The notes under the pieces were generated by a model. That model was not told where the DNA came from and ran no database searches. It saw only the letters and a program-made list of their open reading frames with translations. The translations under genes and the position numbers were made by a program. Of a stretch of DNA of 64,000 bases, positions 1 to 10,680 are shown one piece after another. The number at the start of each line of letters is the position of its first letter. The first letter of the stretch is position 1. The stretch comes from Chitinophaga pinensis (GTDB taxonomy: Bacteria; Bacteroidota; Bacteroidia; UKL13-3), in assembly GCA_945873755.1 (NCBI GenBank), contig CAMCEM010000003.1, forward strand, positions 1,085 to 65,084, read 5' to 3'.

Positions 1-1
1 C

Positions 2-1063
2 AACTTAAAACCATTTACAAACACCAATCCTTACCATGAATTAATGCGCCAAGTAGCTATGAAATTTGGTTGGAATGATTTTATTAAACATGAGTTTGGA
101 AAGTTTTGTGTAGATGCTGTTTATTCCAATCATGATAATTGGGTAAGTAAAAAAATAGCACATCAAAAACAAAATGGAGCCAAAGCAATTTATGCATACG
201 AAGATGCAGCCCTAAAATCGTTTAAAAGGGCAAAACAATTTGGATTAACCAATTTCTATGATTTATCAATTGGTTATTGGCGAATGGGTGCTGAGTTATT
301 AGAAGCCGAAAAAGAAAGAAGACCCGATTATGCTGTTACTTTAACAGGTTTATTAAATTCCGCAGAAAAATTAGCAAGAAAAGATGAAGAAATTGAACTT
401 GCCAATCATATAATTGTGGCAAGTTCATTTACCAAAAACTCTTTAAGTTATTATCCACAATCGCTTGAAAATATAAAAGTAATTCCTTATGGATTTCCGC
501 TAGTAAATAATGCTTTTGTTAAAACAGAAAAGCAAAAGCAACAACCGTTAAAAGTATTGTTTGTTGGTGGTTTAACCCAACGAAAAGGCATAGCCGAGGT
601 ATTTGATTCGGTAGCTAAATTTGGCTCTCAAATTCAATTAACTGTAATTGGTAAAAAAACCAATATGGATTGTAAAACTTTAAATGATAATTTAGCAAAA
701 CATACTTGGATTCCCGCATTACCACATAACGAAATATTACAGCAAATGCAAGCTCATGATGTTTTGCTTTTTCCTTCTTTTTTTGAAGGATTTGGAATGG
801 TAATAAGTGAAGCAATGTCGCAAGGATTACCAGTAATAACTACCGCCAATACTGCAGGAAAAGATTTTATTATTAATGGTGAAAATGGTTGGTTAGTAAC
901 TCCAGGAAATACATTGGCGATTGAAGAAATTTTAGAAATTTTAATTCGAAATCCTGAACAATTATTAGGCATAAGCCAGCAGGCTAAACTTACCGCAATG
1001 CATCGTCCTTGGAGTGTATATGCAAACGAAATTGCTAGTTTTGTTAAAGACAAAATATGTTAA
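2..1063 (+). CDS. Glycosyltransferase family 4 (GT-B fold), probably 5'-truncated by the window edge
   Basis: C-terminal GT-B donor-binding motif 'FPSFFEGFGMVISEAMSQGLPVITT'. The frame stays open from base 2 to the listed ATG at 44, so the true start may lie upstream of the window. Confidence 0.8.
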   Translation, partial: NLKPFTNTNPYHELMRQVAMKFGWNDFIKHEFGKFCVDAVYSNHDNWVSKKIAHQKQNGAKAIYAYEDAALKSFKRAKQFGLTNFYDLSIGYWRMGAELLEAEKERRPDYAVTLTGLLNSAEKLARKDEEIELANHIIVASSFTKNSLSYYPQSLENIKVIPYGFPLVNNAFVKTEKQKQQPLKVLFVGGLTQRKGIAEVFDSVAKFGSQIQLTVIGKKTNMDCKTLNDNLAKHTWIPALPHNEILQQMQAHDVLLFPSFFEGFGMVISEAMSQGLPVITTANTAGKDFIINGENGWLVTPGNTLAIEEILEILIRNPEQLLGISQQAKLTAMHRPWSVYANEIASFVKDKIC

Positions 1064-2115
1064 AAAACAGAAGTTTTGGTTTAGATTTATTAAGGGCAAT
1101 TGCTATCAGCTTAGTGCTATTGGCACATTTTGTAAAGGCTTTTGATAAATTAGGCTTTTGGGGTGTTGAATTATTTTTTGCTTTAAGCGGTTTTTTAATT
1201 GGTAAAATACTTTGGAATAGTTTTAACCAAAATCAATACTATAGTTTTCCTTTAATTATTAATTTTTGGCAAAGGCGATGGTGGCGAACCATTCCTAATT
1301 ATTGGCTCTTTTTATTAGTAATGATTGTTTATCAATTGTTTCGAAGCAATCAATTAACTAATTGGGATATAATTTTAAAAAGTATATTTTTCTTACAAAA
1401 TTTTTCAAATAGAGAGGTTGTTTTTTTTAGCGTATCATGGAGTTTGTGTGTTGAAGAATGGTTTTATTTAACATTTCCTTTGGTGCTGTTTTTATTAGCT
1501 AAATTAAAATTAAATAAGCAAGTTACTTTTACCATTTGTATTGTTGTTTTTACCATTTGTTCCATTCTATTGCGCTCCTATTTTATTCAAAAAGGAGTTG
1601 GGCATTCTTTGCGTGGAATTACACTTGCTAGGCTCGATGCCATTGTGTTTGGAGTATTTACAGCCAATGCTTTACAATTAATAAATCTCAACATTAAATT
1701 AAAGTTTTACATGCTTTGGAGTGGAATTATATTATTGTGTTTTTGTATATTTAAAATTCATTTTTCAGGTATATCTTACGAGGAAATAAGAAGCCAACAA
1801 TTGTATTTAATCTTAGCACCTTTATCGTTTGCGCTAATCATTCCAAGTATTGAAAAATTAAACTTTTCGGCTAATCAATTTAAATGGATTGAACTAAGTA
1901 TTCAAAAAATGAGCTTATGGTCATACTCTATTTATTTAAGCCATATTCCCATTTTATTTACCGTTTATTATTTAACAGAAAGCTTTAGAACGACTAATTT
2001 AGGTAACATTTTTTCTAAAATAATTGGCTTGTTTTTAACCTTATTTATTTCAGCTATTATTTACCAATATTTTGAAAAACCTTTAACCAATAAAAGACCG
2101 AAGGAGATTGGATAA
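1057..2115 (+). CDS. Acyltransferase family 3 (OafA/WecH-like) integral membrane O-acyltransferase
   Basis: N-terminal 'LDLLRAIAISLVLLAH' signature and about 10 hydrophobic segments. Overlaps the upstream stop by 7 nt. Sits in the polysaccharide locus. Confidence 0.8.
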   Translation: MLKNRSFGLDLLRAIAISLVLLAHFVKAFDKLGFWGVELFFALSGFLIGKILWNSFNQNQYYSFPLIINFWQRRWWRTIPNYWLFLLVMIVYQLFRSNQLTNWDIILKSIFFLQNFSNREVVFFSVSWSLCVEEWFYLTFPLVLFLLAKLKLNKQVTFTICIVVFTICSILLRSYFIQKGVGHSLRGITLARLDAIVFGVFTANALQLINLNIKLKFYMLWSGIILLCFCIFKIHFSGISYEEIRSQQLYLILAPLSFALIIPSIEKLNFSANQFKWIELSIQKMSLWSYSIYLSHIPILFTVYYLTESFRTTNLGNIFSKIIGLFLTLFISAIIYQYFEKPLTNKRPKEIG

Positions 2116-2121
2116 AATTTA

Positions 2122-2973
2122 ATGAATCAAACAATACAAATTAATCTCCAAATTAAACTTATTCAAGAGTTACGGTTGGTTCACGCATTGGCTGAAGCTG
2201 ATTATAGTATTGCAATTCCAGCTACTGAAATTCATAAATTTGAACTATTAAATAAAAAGTTTGGAGTAAATTTTAATAAAAATGCAACCAATAATATTGA
2301 TTTAACCGATGCTATACAAATTGGCCATGTAGCACCCAATACGTATTTTGGAAATATCCTTAGAAGCCTCATTTTTCCTCATGCTTTAACCAATTTCTGT
2401 TATACACTTTGGCAGGAAAATAGAAAAAACAAATTTTCATTTCAAGGCTTAATTACTCCCAAACGAAAAAACTTAATTGAAAATTGGATTAGCCAAAACA
2501 TTACGACTAAAAAAGTAAGTTTACCTACTAAAAATAATTTTTTTATAAAAGTAAGAAATAAGTTATTGAGAAACTTTGGAATTAATAATGCCATTAAAAC
2601 AAATATTGGAGATTTGGTTGTTTGGTCGTCTGAAAAAGGAAGGTATTATCCATTTAAAGCCTTTGATGAAGAATATTTTAAAGAATTAGCTAACTCTCAT
2701 TTTGTGCTTTGTCCTAGTGGCGATTGTGTGTGGTCGTACCGTTTTTTTGAAGCTGTTTTATGCGGTGCAATTCCAATTGTGGAGCAACATTGCGAAGCTT
2801 ATAATGGGTTTAAATATTTTACTTTTAATACAGTGAAAAATAACTTAATTTGGGATAAACAAGTAGCTGAATTTAATTATAAATTATGTTTAGAAAAAAT
2901 AACCATTCCAAAAGATATTTTGAATTTAGAAATTGAAAGGTTGATTAAGAATTATAATAATAATATAATTTAA
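2122..2973 (+). CDS. Exostosin-like (GT47-type) glycosyltransferase
   Basis: C-terminal motif 'FVLCPSGDCVWSYRFFEAVLCGAIPIV' resembles the exostosin family signature. EPS-locus context. Confidence 0.55.
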   Translation: MNQTIQINLQIKLIQELRLVHALAEADYSIAIPATEIHKFELLNKKFGVNFNKNATNNIDLTDAIQIGHVAPNTYFGNILRSLIFPHALTNFCYTLWQENRKNKFSFQGLITPKRKNLIENWISQNITTKKVSLPTKNNFFIKVRNKLLRNFGINNAIKTNIGDLVVWSSEKGRYYPFKAFDEEYFKELANSHFVLCPSGDCVWSYRFFEAVLCGAIPIVEQHCEAYNGFKYFTFNTVKNNLIWDKQVAEFNYKLCLEKITIPKDILNLEIERLIKNYNNNII

Positions 2974-2975
2974 TA

Positions 2976-4280
2976 TTGGAGGGTACTTTACTAAAATCAA
3001 CTGAAATAAATAAAACAATAATTTCAAATTTTAAAAATGGAATTTGGATTTATTTTTTTCTACTTATTTTTGAAGGTGCTTTGCGCAAATGGTTGCTTCC
3101 TCAACTAGCAAATCCATTGCTTTTAATTAGAGATCCTTTGGTGATTTACTTGTTCTTATCTGCAAGTTTTAATAGAATTATTTTTTTTAACAGTTATCTT
3201 TTTTATGCTTTTTTAATTGTTGCTATAAGTTTTATTGCTACATTGTTTATAGGACATGGAAATATTTTTGTTGCAATTTATGGGGCTAGAATTTTTTTAC
3301 TACATTTTCCAATGATATTTTTAATAGGAAAAATATTTGATAAAGAAGATGTAATTAAAATGGGGCGAGTTATTTTATATATTTCTATTCCAATGGGAAT
3401 ATTAATTGCAGTTCAATTTTTTAGTCCACAAAGTGCTTGGGTAAACAAAGGAATAGGCGATTCAATTGGTGGTGGATTTAGCGGTGCAATGGGTTATTTA
3501 AGGCCGCCAGGTACATTTTCATTTACTAGTGGAACAACTTCTTTTTTTAGTTTAGTAGCTGTATTTGTTTTTTATTTTTGGATTGATACCTCCAAAATAA
3601 ATAGAATTATTTTATTGTTTGCAACAATTGCGCTTATTGCTTCAATCCCTTTTTCAATTAGTAGAAGTTTATTTTTTCAAATAATTATAAGTTTTGCTTT
3701 TACTATTATTGGTATTAATTTTTTTAAAGCGAACAGTAATAAAGGAATCATTATAGTAATTGGGTTTTCTGCTATAGCTTTGTTATTAAGTTTATTCGAT
3801 ATATTTTCAATTGGATTAGAAGCTTTTTATACTAGACTTGAAAGAGCTAATACAGCCGAAGGTGGAATAGAATCGGTTTTTTTAGATAGATATTTAGGTG
3901 GAATGATAAACGCTTTAAATTCTTCATCTAATCAACCTTTTTTAGGCTACGGACTTGGATATGGTACAAATGTAGGCAGCAATATTTTAACCAATAAAAG
4001 ATCTTTTTTAATATCGGAAGGCGAGTGGGGTAGAGTTATTGGTGAATTAGGTCCAATTTTGGGAATTGGAGTAATTTTGATAAGGGTTTTAATGACAATT
4101 AAGTTGGCTTCTTGGTCGTGGAATTACTTAAAAAGGAAAGATATTTTACCATGGATTATTTTTTCGTTTACATTATTTGTATTGCCGCAAGGTGGTTGGT
4201 CTCAACCTACATCTTTAGGTTTTTGTGTATTAATTAGTGGTTTATTAATTGCTTCTTTCAAAACTAGCGAATCAAATTAA
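2976..4280 (+). CDS. Wzy-like O-antigen/EPS polymerase (O-antigen ligase-like membrane protein)
   Basis: Polytopic membrane protein with 10 or more hydrophobic helices and one larger loop. TTG start; there is no in-frame ATG until about residue 110. Position in the EPS locus. Confidence 0.55.
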   Translation: MEGTLLKSTEINKTIISNFKNGIWIYFFLLIFEGALRKWLLPQLANPLLLIRDPLVIYLFLSASFNRIIFFNSYLFYAFLIVAISFIATLFIGHGNIFVAIYGARIFLLHFPMIFLIGKIFDKEDVIKMGRVILYISIPMGILIAVQFFSPQSAWVNKGIGDSIGGGFSGAMGYLRPPGTFSFTSGTTSFFSLVAVFVFYFWIDTSKINRIILLFATIALIASIPFSISRSLFFQIIISFAFTIIGINFFKANSNKGIIIVIGFSAIALLLSLFDIFSIGLEAFYTRLERANTAEGGIESVFLDRYLGGMINALNSSSNQPFLGYGLGYGTNVGSNILTNKRSFLISEGEWGRVIGELGPILGIGVILIRVLMTIKLASWSWNYLKRKDILPWIIFSFTLFVLPQGGWSQPTSLGFCVLISGLLIASFKTSESN

Positions 4281-4290
4281 AATTGATATT

Positions 4291-5430
4291 TTGAAAATAA
4301 TTTTAGTCGGCAATTACTCTAAAGACAACCAAGAAAGTATGAAACGTTTTTTAAATGTTTTAGAATTGGGTTTAAGTAAAAACAATATTGAGTATATAAC
4401 TTGGAAACCAATAATACTATTTGGTTTTTTGTTTAATAGAACAAATGTAGGTTTTGGTAAATGGCTTGCTTATATCGATAAATATATTTTTACATATATT
4501 GTTTTTTATATAAAAGTTATTGTAAATGAATTTAAACTTAATAACACAATTTATCATATCTGCGATCATTCCAATGCAGTTTATATAAATATATTTCCTT
4601 TTAAAAAAACAGTAATAACTTGTCATGATGTGTTAGCAATTAGAGGTGCTTTGGGCTTTAGAGATGCTTACTGTAACGCAAGTGGATTTGGTAAAATGTT
4701 GCAGCATTTAATTTTAAAAAATTTATCAAAAAATATTCATATTGCTTTTGTTTCAAAAAATACTTTAAACCAATTTAAAGAAATTGGAAAAAAGCTTTTC
4801 ATTCAAAATTATAAAGTAATTCACAATGGATTGAATGCCGATTTTAAAAAACTAAATTTAACTGAAATTGAAAACTTAAAAGTTAAATATCCAAATTTCC
4901 CAACTGGTAAATTTATTTTACATGTAGGATCAAATTTAGAAAGAAAAAACAGAAAATTGTTAGTGAACATGCTGTTTCAATTAAATAATAATTATAAAGG
5001 AAATATTTATTTTGCTGGTGAAAAACCCAATGAAGAAGTTATTAATTTAGCTACTCAATTAAATATTAAAAACAGAATATTTTTTATTGAAAAACCCAAT
5101 CATGAATTTTTAAATTTACTTTATAATACTTGTGATGCATTTATTTTTCCATCATTTACCGAAGGATTTGGATGGCCTATTATTGAAGCACAAACTTGCG
5201 GAGCGCCTGTTATTTGCTCAAATATTGAACCATTACCAGAAATAGGAGGGAAAAGTGTTTTGTTAGCTAATCCTAATATTGCAGATGAGTTTGTAACTCA
5301 ATTTTTGCATCTAAAAGATAATGCTTTTAAAACTGAACTAATTGAATTGGGTTATGAAAATGCTTCTTTTTATAGCACTAACCAAATGGTAAATAATTAT
5401 ATTGATTTATATAATACAATATTAAAATGA
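4291..5430 (+). CDS. Glycosyltransferase family 4
   Basis: 'FPSFTEGFGWPIIEAQTCGAPVICS' GT-B motif. I prefer the TTG at 4291 ('MKIILVGNYS', a typical GT4 N-terminus, just after the upstream stop at 4280) over the ORF-track TTG at 4249. Confidence 0.8.
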   Translation: MKIILVGNYSKDNQESMKRFLNVLELGLSKNNIEYITWKPIILFGFLFNRTNVGFGKWLAYIDKYIFTYIVFYIKVIVNEFKLNNTIYHICDHSNAVYINIFPFKKTVITCHDVLAIRGALGFRDAYCNASGFGKMLQHLILKNLSKNIHIAFVSKNTLNQFKEIGKKLFIQNYKVIHNGLNADFKKLNLTEIENLKVKYPNFPTGKFILHVGSNLERKNRKLLVNMLFQLNNNYKGNIYFAGEKPNEEVINLATQLNIKNRIFFIEKPNHEFLNLLYNTCDAFIFPSFTEGFGWPIIEAQTCGAPVICSNIEPLPEIGGKSVLLANPNIADEFVTQFLHLKDNAFKTELIELGYENASFYSTNQMVNNYIDLYNTILK

Positions 5431-6095
5431 AAAATTTTATTAAAGCAATTTTAGTATTATTTCCTTGGTTTTTAAAACGACCATTGCTGCAACTATTTTT
5501 TGGTTATAAACTTCATTCATCAGCAAAAATTGGTTTTTCATGGATTTATCCTGATAAATTAGTAATGGATGAAAATGCTAAAATTGGTCACTTGAATGTG
5601 GCCATTCATTTAAATAAAATTCATTTAGAAAAAGGCGCTAAAATTGGTAGAGGAAATTGGATTACAGGTTTTTCACTAAAAGGAAATTCAAAACATTTTG
5701 CCCACCAAACCAATAGAAAACCTGAGTTAATTTTAGGCGAACAATCTGCCATAACAAAAAACCATCATTTTGATTGTACCCATAGCATTATCATTGGCAA
5801 ATTTACTACCATTGCCGGCTACCAATCGCAGTTTTTAACCCATTCCATCAATATAGAAATGAATAGGCAAGATAGTTTGCCTATAACAATTGGAAATTAT
5901 TGTTTTGTAGGAACCAATGTAGTAGTTGTTGGTGGTTCTGTGCTTCCTTCATTTTCGGTTTTAGGGGCTAAATCGTTGCTGAATAAAGTACACGAAAAAG
6001 AATATTTTTTGTATGGAGGAGTTGCTGCAATGCCAATTAAGGAAATAAATAAAACTGCCAAATATTTTTTAAGAACAGAAGGATTTGTTAATTAA
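5427..6095 (+). CDS. Left-handed beta-helix (hexapeptide-repeat) acyl/acetyltransferase
   Basis: Repeated [LIV]-G-x4 hexapeptide pattern ('AKIGHLNVAI', 'AKIGRGNWITG', 'IGNYCFVGTNVVVVGGSVL'). ATGA stop/start overlap with the upstream GT4. Confidence 0.7.
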   Translation: MKNFIKAILVLFPWFLKRPLLQLFFGYKLHSSAKIGFSWIYPDKLVMDENAKIGHLNVAIHLNKIHLEKGAKIGRGNWITGFSLKGNSKHFAHQTNRKPELILGEQSAITKNHHFDCTHSIIIGKFTTIAGYQSQFLTHSINIEMNRQDSLPITIGNYCFVGTNVVVVGGSVLPSFSVLGAKSLLNKVHEKEYFLYGGVAAMPIKEINKTAKYFLRTEGFVN

Positions 6096-7259
6096 TTGAA
6101 AACAGTTAAACTTCTTCGTGTTATTGCCAGCATGGACCCTAAAACAGGTGGGCCGCCAAATGGCATTAATTATATAACCCCTTTTTTAAATGAATTGAAT
6201 GTTGAAACTACCATTGTTTGTTTAGATAAAACTAACGAACTGTTTATTAAAAATAGTACTATTAAAACTGTTGCTTTATCTCAAAACAAAACGGCTTGGC
6301 AGTATAATTCGCAACTGTATAATTGGTTAATTAATAACTTAATTAATTACGATGTGGTAATTGTTCATGGGTTATGGATTTACAACAATTATGCCGTTGC
6401 CAAAGCAGTTAACGTGTTAAAAAAACAGATTGTAGGTTTTAAAACTAAGTTTTATATTTTTCCTCATGGCATGCTCGATTCCTATTTTCAAAATAATAAA
6501 AAACGATTATTAAAATCTATTCGAAATTATTTTTATTGGCATTTAATTGAAAATAAAAATATAAAATCGGCTAATGGAATAATTTATACTTCGCAAGGCG
6601 AAATGGAAATTGCTTTAAAAACATTTACCAATTTTAAACCAAAGCAAAATATAAATTTGGGTTATGGGGTGGCTGTTCCTAAAAATGTTAGTAATCAAAA
6701 TGGTATTGATGATTACTTTTTGTTTTTAGGTAGATACGACCAAAAAAAAGGAATTGACACAATAATAAATGCATATAAAAAAATATTGCAAACCAATTTA
6801 ACATTACTACCTAAGCTAATAATTGCTGGTCCTGGAAAAAATGATGAATATGGAAAATGTATACAAAAACTAGTGAATGAAAGTGAGGAATTAAAAAATC
6901 ATATTGAATTAAAAGATATGGTTTTGGGAGATGAAAAATGGAATTTAATTGCCAACGCAAAAGCAATGATTTTGTGGAGCCATCAGGAAAATTTTGGTAT
7001 TTCAGTTGCTGAATCTTTGGGTATGGGTGTGCCAGTTCTATTATCAAAACAAGTAAATATTTGGAACGACATTGTTTTAAATAATGCTGGCATGGCGAAT
7101 GATGACTCTGAAGAAAATTTAGTTAAAACAATTATAAAGTTTTGCAATTTAACAGAACTTGCATACCAAGAAATGTGTTTAAATGCAAAAAACACTTATA
7201 CTAGTTTGTATCATCCAATACAATATGCTAAAAGGCTTAAATTTCTTTTTGAAGAATAA
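6096..7259 (+). CDS. Glycosyltransferase family 4
   Basis: 'QENFGISVAESLGMGVPVLLS' GT-B motif and N-terminal 'LLRVIASMDPKTGG'. TTG start. Confidence 0.8.
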   Translation: MKTVKLLRVIASMDPKTGGPPNGINYITPFLNELNVETTIVCLDKTNELFIKNSTIKTVALSQNKTAWQYNSQLYNWLINNLINYDVVIVHGLWIYNNYAVAKAVNVLKKQIVGFKTKFYIFPHGMLDSYFQNNKKRLLKSIRNYFYWHLIENKNIKSANGIIYTSQGEMEIALKTFTNFKPKQNINLGYGVAVPKNVSNQNGIDDYFLFLGRYDQKKGIDTIINAYKKILQTNLTLLPKLIIAGPGKNDEYGKCIQKLVNESEELKNHIELKDMVLGDEKWNLIANAKAMILWSHQENFGISVAESLGMGVPVLLSKQVNIWNDIVLNNAGMANDDSEENLVKTIIKFCNLTELAYQEMCLNAKNTYTSLYHPIQYAKRLKFLFEE

Positions 7260-7277
7260 TAATATAGTTTTTACTTT

Positions 7278-8036
7278 ATGAAAATAGTTTTATTATTAAC
7301 AGCTTGTATTGAACCAACTCAGTTTAAAAATAAAGTTCAGCGCAATATTGCTTCTGTAAGATTAAAAGATTATAAAGAAGCATTGAAACGATGGCTTCAT
7401 CATAAAGATGATAAAATTTCAACAGTTATTTTTGCTGAAAACTCAGGATATGATTTAACTGAAATAGAACACATTTTTTTAACTGAAAATATTTTTCATC
7501 GAAATTATAAAATTTTTCAAAGTATAGCCAGCGAAGTGCCAAGTGGTTTGCATTATGGCTATAGCGAGTTAGAACTTTTTGATAAAGTAATTAACGAAGT
7601 AGCAATAATAAGTAAAGAAGATTTTTTAATAAAAGCAACAGGGAGGATATATTTTCCTAAAATTTCAAAACTAATTTCCAAAACCATTCCACAATATAAT
7701 TTTGTAGCCGATAGCAGAATTTATAGTTTTTTAAATTGGAATAAAAACTATGTTCTGAGCGATTTATTTATTACGAAAGTAGATTGGTATAAAAATAATT
7801 TATTAGACAAAAGAAATATAATGATAGAACTAAATGCAAGCCATTTTGAATTGCTTTTATATAAATTGTTGTATAAAAATAATGAGCTAAAAAATATTTT
7901 ACTACGTTTTCCCTTTAATGTAAATCCAGTTGGTTTAGGAGCACATTGGAATGTAAATTATCAATCCATTCAAAAAAAGATAAGTTACAATTTTAGGGCA
8001 ATTTTTCGTTTCCTTTTTCCTAAAATTTGGATTTAA
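7278..8036 (+). CDS. Hypothetical protein embedded in the EPS locus
   Basis: Long ORF co-directional with and tightly packed against its neighbours. No motif recognised. Confidence 0.45.
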   Translation: MKIVLLLTACIEPTQFKNKVQRNIASVRLKDYKEALKRWLHHKDDKISTVIFAENSGYDLTEIEHIFLTENIFHRNYKIFQSIASEVPSGLHYGYSELELFDKVINEVAIISKEDFLIKATGRIYFPKISKLISKTIPQYNFVADSRIYSFLNWNKNYVLSDLFITKVDWYKNNLLDKRNIMIELNASHFELLLYKLLYKNNELKNILLRFPFNVNPVGLGAHWNVNYQSIQKKISYNFRAIFRFLFPKIWI

Positions 8037-8587
8037 TGACAACAATAAATATAAATACCCGAACAGGTGCTTCATTTAGTTTAACTAATAGAATATTGAG
8101 ATTAATATGGGGAATTGTTTATCAATTATTTTTCAGGTTTTCGCCAAAGCCTTTTCATACTTGGCGAATGTTTATTCTAAAACTATTTGGTGCTAAAATT
8201 GGCAAGGGAGTTCATGTTTATGGTGGAGTTAAAATATGGGCTCCTTGGAATTTAGAACTAGGCGATTATTGTGGCATTGCTGATGGTGTTAAGCTTTATT
8301 CACAAGGTAAAATTTCAATTGGAAAAAATACTGTTATATCGCAAGGAAGTCACATTTGTACTGGAACACATGATTACAACGACAAAGGATTTAAGCTAAT
8401 TACAAAACCTATAATTATTGGAAATGATGTATGGATTGCAGCTGAAGTGTTTGTTCATCCAGGTATAAATATTGAGGATGGTTGTGTAATAAGTGCTCGT
8501 TCGGTGGTAATTAACAATATGCCTGCTTGGAATATATGTTCAGGTTTTCCTTGTATACCTATAAAATTAAGAACTAAAATTAATTAA
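8036..8587 (+). CDS. WcaF-like polysaccharide O-acetyltransferase (hexapeptide repeat)
   Basis: N-terminal 'RILRLIWGIVYQLFFRFSPKPFHTWRMFILKLFGAKIGKGVHVY' is typical of colanic-acid WcaF-type acetyltransferases, followed by hexapeptide repeats. The ATG at 8036 forms a TAATG stop/start overlap; the ORF-track start at 8027 is a TTG. Confidence 0.75.
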   Translation: MTTININTRTGASFSLTNRILRLIWGIVYQLFFRFSPKPFHTWRMFILKLFGAKIGKGVHVYGGVKIWAPWNLELGDYCGIADGVKLYSQGKISIGKNTVISQGSHICTGTHDYNDKGFKLITKPIIIGNDVWIAAEVFVHPGINIEDGCVISARSVVINNMPAWNICSGFPCIPIKLRTKIN

Positions 8588-8595
8588 AATATTTA

Positions 8596-9420
8596 TTGTA
8601 TTTAGATTTAACAATTGCAATTCCAGTAAAAAATGAAGCTAAAAACATAGCTGATTGTATTAAAAGTATTGGAAAAAATTTTGCATTAAACATTGATGTA
8701 ATTGATTCGGGCAGTAGCGATGGAACTGTGGAAATAGCCAGAGAATTAGGAGCAAATATTATTCAATTTACTTGGGATGGTAAATATCCTAAAAAACGAA
8801 ATTGGTATTTGTTAAATCATAAACCAAAAACAAAGTGGGTTTTGTTTTTAGATGCAGATGAACATTTAACAATACCATTTAAAGAAGCTCTTTGTAACTA
8901 TATTCAAAAATTTGATTACGCAGGTTATTGGCTCAATTATTCCATTTATATGAATAACTATAAGTTAAAAGCGGGTTATCCATTGAAAAAATTAGCATTG
9001 TTCCAAACTGAAAAAGGTTTGTATGAAAAAATTGAAGAAAATAATTGGAGTAAATTGGATATGGAAATTCATGAACATGCAATTATAAATGGCTCAGTAG
9101 GGTTTATTAAAAGTAAAATTGACCATAAAGTAAACTTTGAAAATATAAATTGGAAACAAAAACACATGGAATATGCAAAGTGGGAAGCCAAAAGATATTT
9201 AAGTTTAATAAGTAATAAAAGAGTAGCTAATAATTTTACATTTTTTCAAAAAATAAAATATTTTATAGTCAATACTCCATTTGCAGGAATCAGTTTTTTT
9301 ATAGGCTCTTACTTATTTATGTTAGGGTTTATTGATGGAATTAAAGGTTTTAAATATGCATTATTAAAAGCATTTTATTTCCAAAAAGTTTATACAGAAA
9401 TAAAAAAAGTAGGTAAATAG
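8596..9420 (+). CDS. Glycosyltransferase family 2
   Basis: 'IAIPVKNEAKNIADCIKSI', 'DSGSSDGT' and 'LDADE' (DxD) motifs. TTG start. Confidence 0.8.
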   Translation: MYLDLTIAIPVKNEAKNIADCIKSIGKNFALNIDVIDSGSSDGTVEIARELGANIIQFTWDGKYPKKRNWYLLNHKPKTKWVLFLDADEHLTIPFKEALCNYIQKFDYAGYWLNYSIYMNNYKLKAGYPLKKLALFQTEKGLYEKIEENNWSKLDMEIHEHAIINGSVGFIKSKIDHKVNFENINWKQKHMEYAKWEAKRYLSLISNKRVANNFTFFQKIKYFIVNTPFAGISFFIGSYLFMLGFIDGIKGFKYALLKAFYFQKVYTEIKKVGK

Positions 9421-9422
9421 TT

Positions 9423-10652
9423 TTGAATAAAAATATAAAACACTTTTTAATTTATGGAATTAATTTTTCGCCTGAATTAACAGGAATTGGACGTTATAGT
9501 GGGGAAATGGTTGAATGGTTAGTAAGTAAAAATATAAAATGCACTGTAGTAACTTCATTTCCATATTATCCAAATTGGCAAATACAAAAACCATATAATG
9601 GTTGGTTTTATAAAAAAGAAAAAATAAATAATGGACTACTAACTATTTACCGTTGTCCTATGTATGTTCCTAAAAATGTAAATGGAACAAAAAGAATAAT
9701 CCATGAAGCAAGCTTTTTTATTTCATCTTTATTCGTCATTATTTATTTATTATTCAAACCCAAAATAGCAAATATTTTTTGCGTAGCCCCACCATTTCAT
9801 TTAGGTTTAGTAGCAATTTTTTATAAATTTTTTAAAGGAGGAAAGATTTATTATCATATTCAAGATTTGCAAATTGAAGCAGCAAAAAATTTAAATATGG
9901 TTAAACAAAAATATTTATTGAATTTATTTGAAGTATTAGAAAAATTTATATTAAAATATGTTGATGAAATAAGTTCGATAAGTTTTGATATGGTTAATAA
10001 AATTGAATTAAAAGTAAAAAAGAATGTTGTTTTGTTTCCAAATTGGGTTGATTGTAATTTTTATTATCCTATTCAAAATTCTAATATAAATAGATATAAA
10101 TGGGGTTTTAATGAAAACCAAAAAATAATATTGTATTCAGGCAGTATAGGCGAAAAACAAGGACTTGAAAAAATGTTGTTGTTAGCAAATCATTTCAAAT
10201 TACATGATGAAATTTTGTTTGTAATTGCAGGTAACGGACCTTATTTAGAAAAACTAAAACAAGAAGCAAAATCTAAAAATATATTAAATTTAAAATTCCT
10301 TCCACTTCAACCTAATAATATTTTTAACGAATTTTTAAATATGGTAGATATCCATATAATATTTCAAAAAAAAAATACAGGTCAATTAGTAATGCCAAGT
10401 AAATTAACAACAATATTGGCGGTTGGAGGTTTAACATTAATTAATGCAGATAAAGATTCGAGTTTACACAAATTAATAACTGAAAATGAAATTGGATTTT
10501 CAGTTAATTCTGAAAACATAAATGATTTAATTATTAAATTAGAGAATATTTTTACTTTGAACAATAGCACAGTAAAAGCGAATGCTAGAAAATATGCTGA
10601 AAAGGAATTAGATAAAGTAAATTTACTTTCTAACTTTTTTATTAATAAATAA
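9423..10652 (+). CDS. WcaI-like glycosyltransferase (GT4)
   Basis: N-terminal 'YGINFSPELTGIGRYSGEMVEWL' is typical of the WcaI family. TTG start. Confidence 0.75.
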   Translation: MNKNIKHFLIYGINFSPELTGIGRYSGEMVEWLVSKNIKCTVVTSFPYYPNWQIQKPYNGWFYKKEKINNGLLTIYRCPMYVPKNVNGTKRIIHEASFFISSLFVIIYLLFKPKIANIFCVAPPFHLGLVAIFYKFFKGGKIYYHIQDLQIEAAKNLNMVKQKYLLNLFEVLEKFILKYVDEISSISFDMVNKIELKVKKNVVLFPNWVDCNFYYPIQNSNINRYKWGFNENQKIILYSGSIGEKQGLEKMLLLANHFKLHDEILFVIAGNGPYLEKLKQEAKSKNILNLKFLPLQPNNIFNEFLNMVDIHIIFQKKNTGQLVMPSKLTTILAVGGLTLINADKDSSLHKLITENEIGFSVNSENINDLIIKLENIFTLNNSTVKANARKYAEKELDKVNLLSNFFINK

Positions 10653-10680
10653 AGATAATTTAATATTAAAGTAATCATTT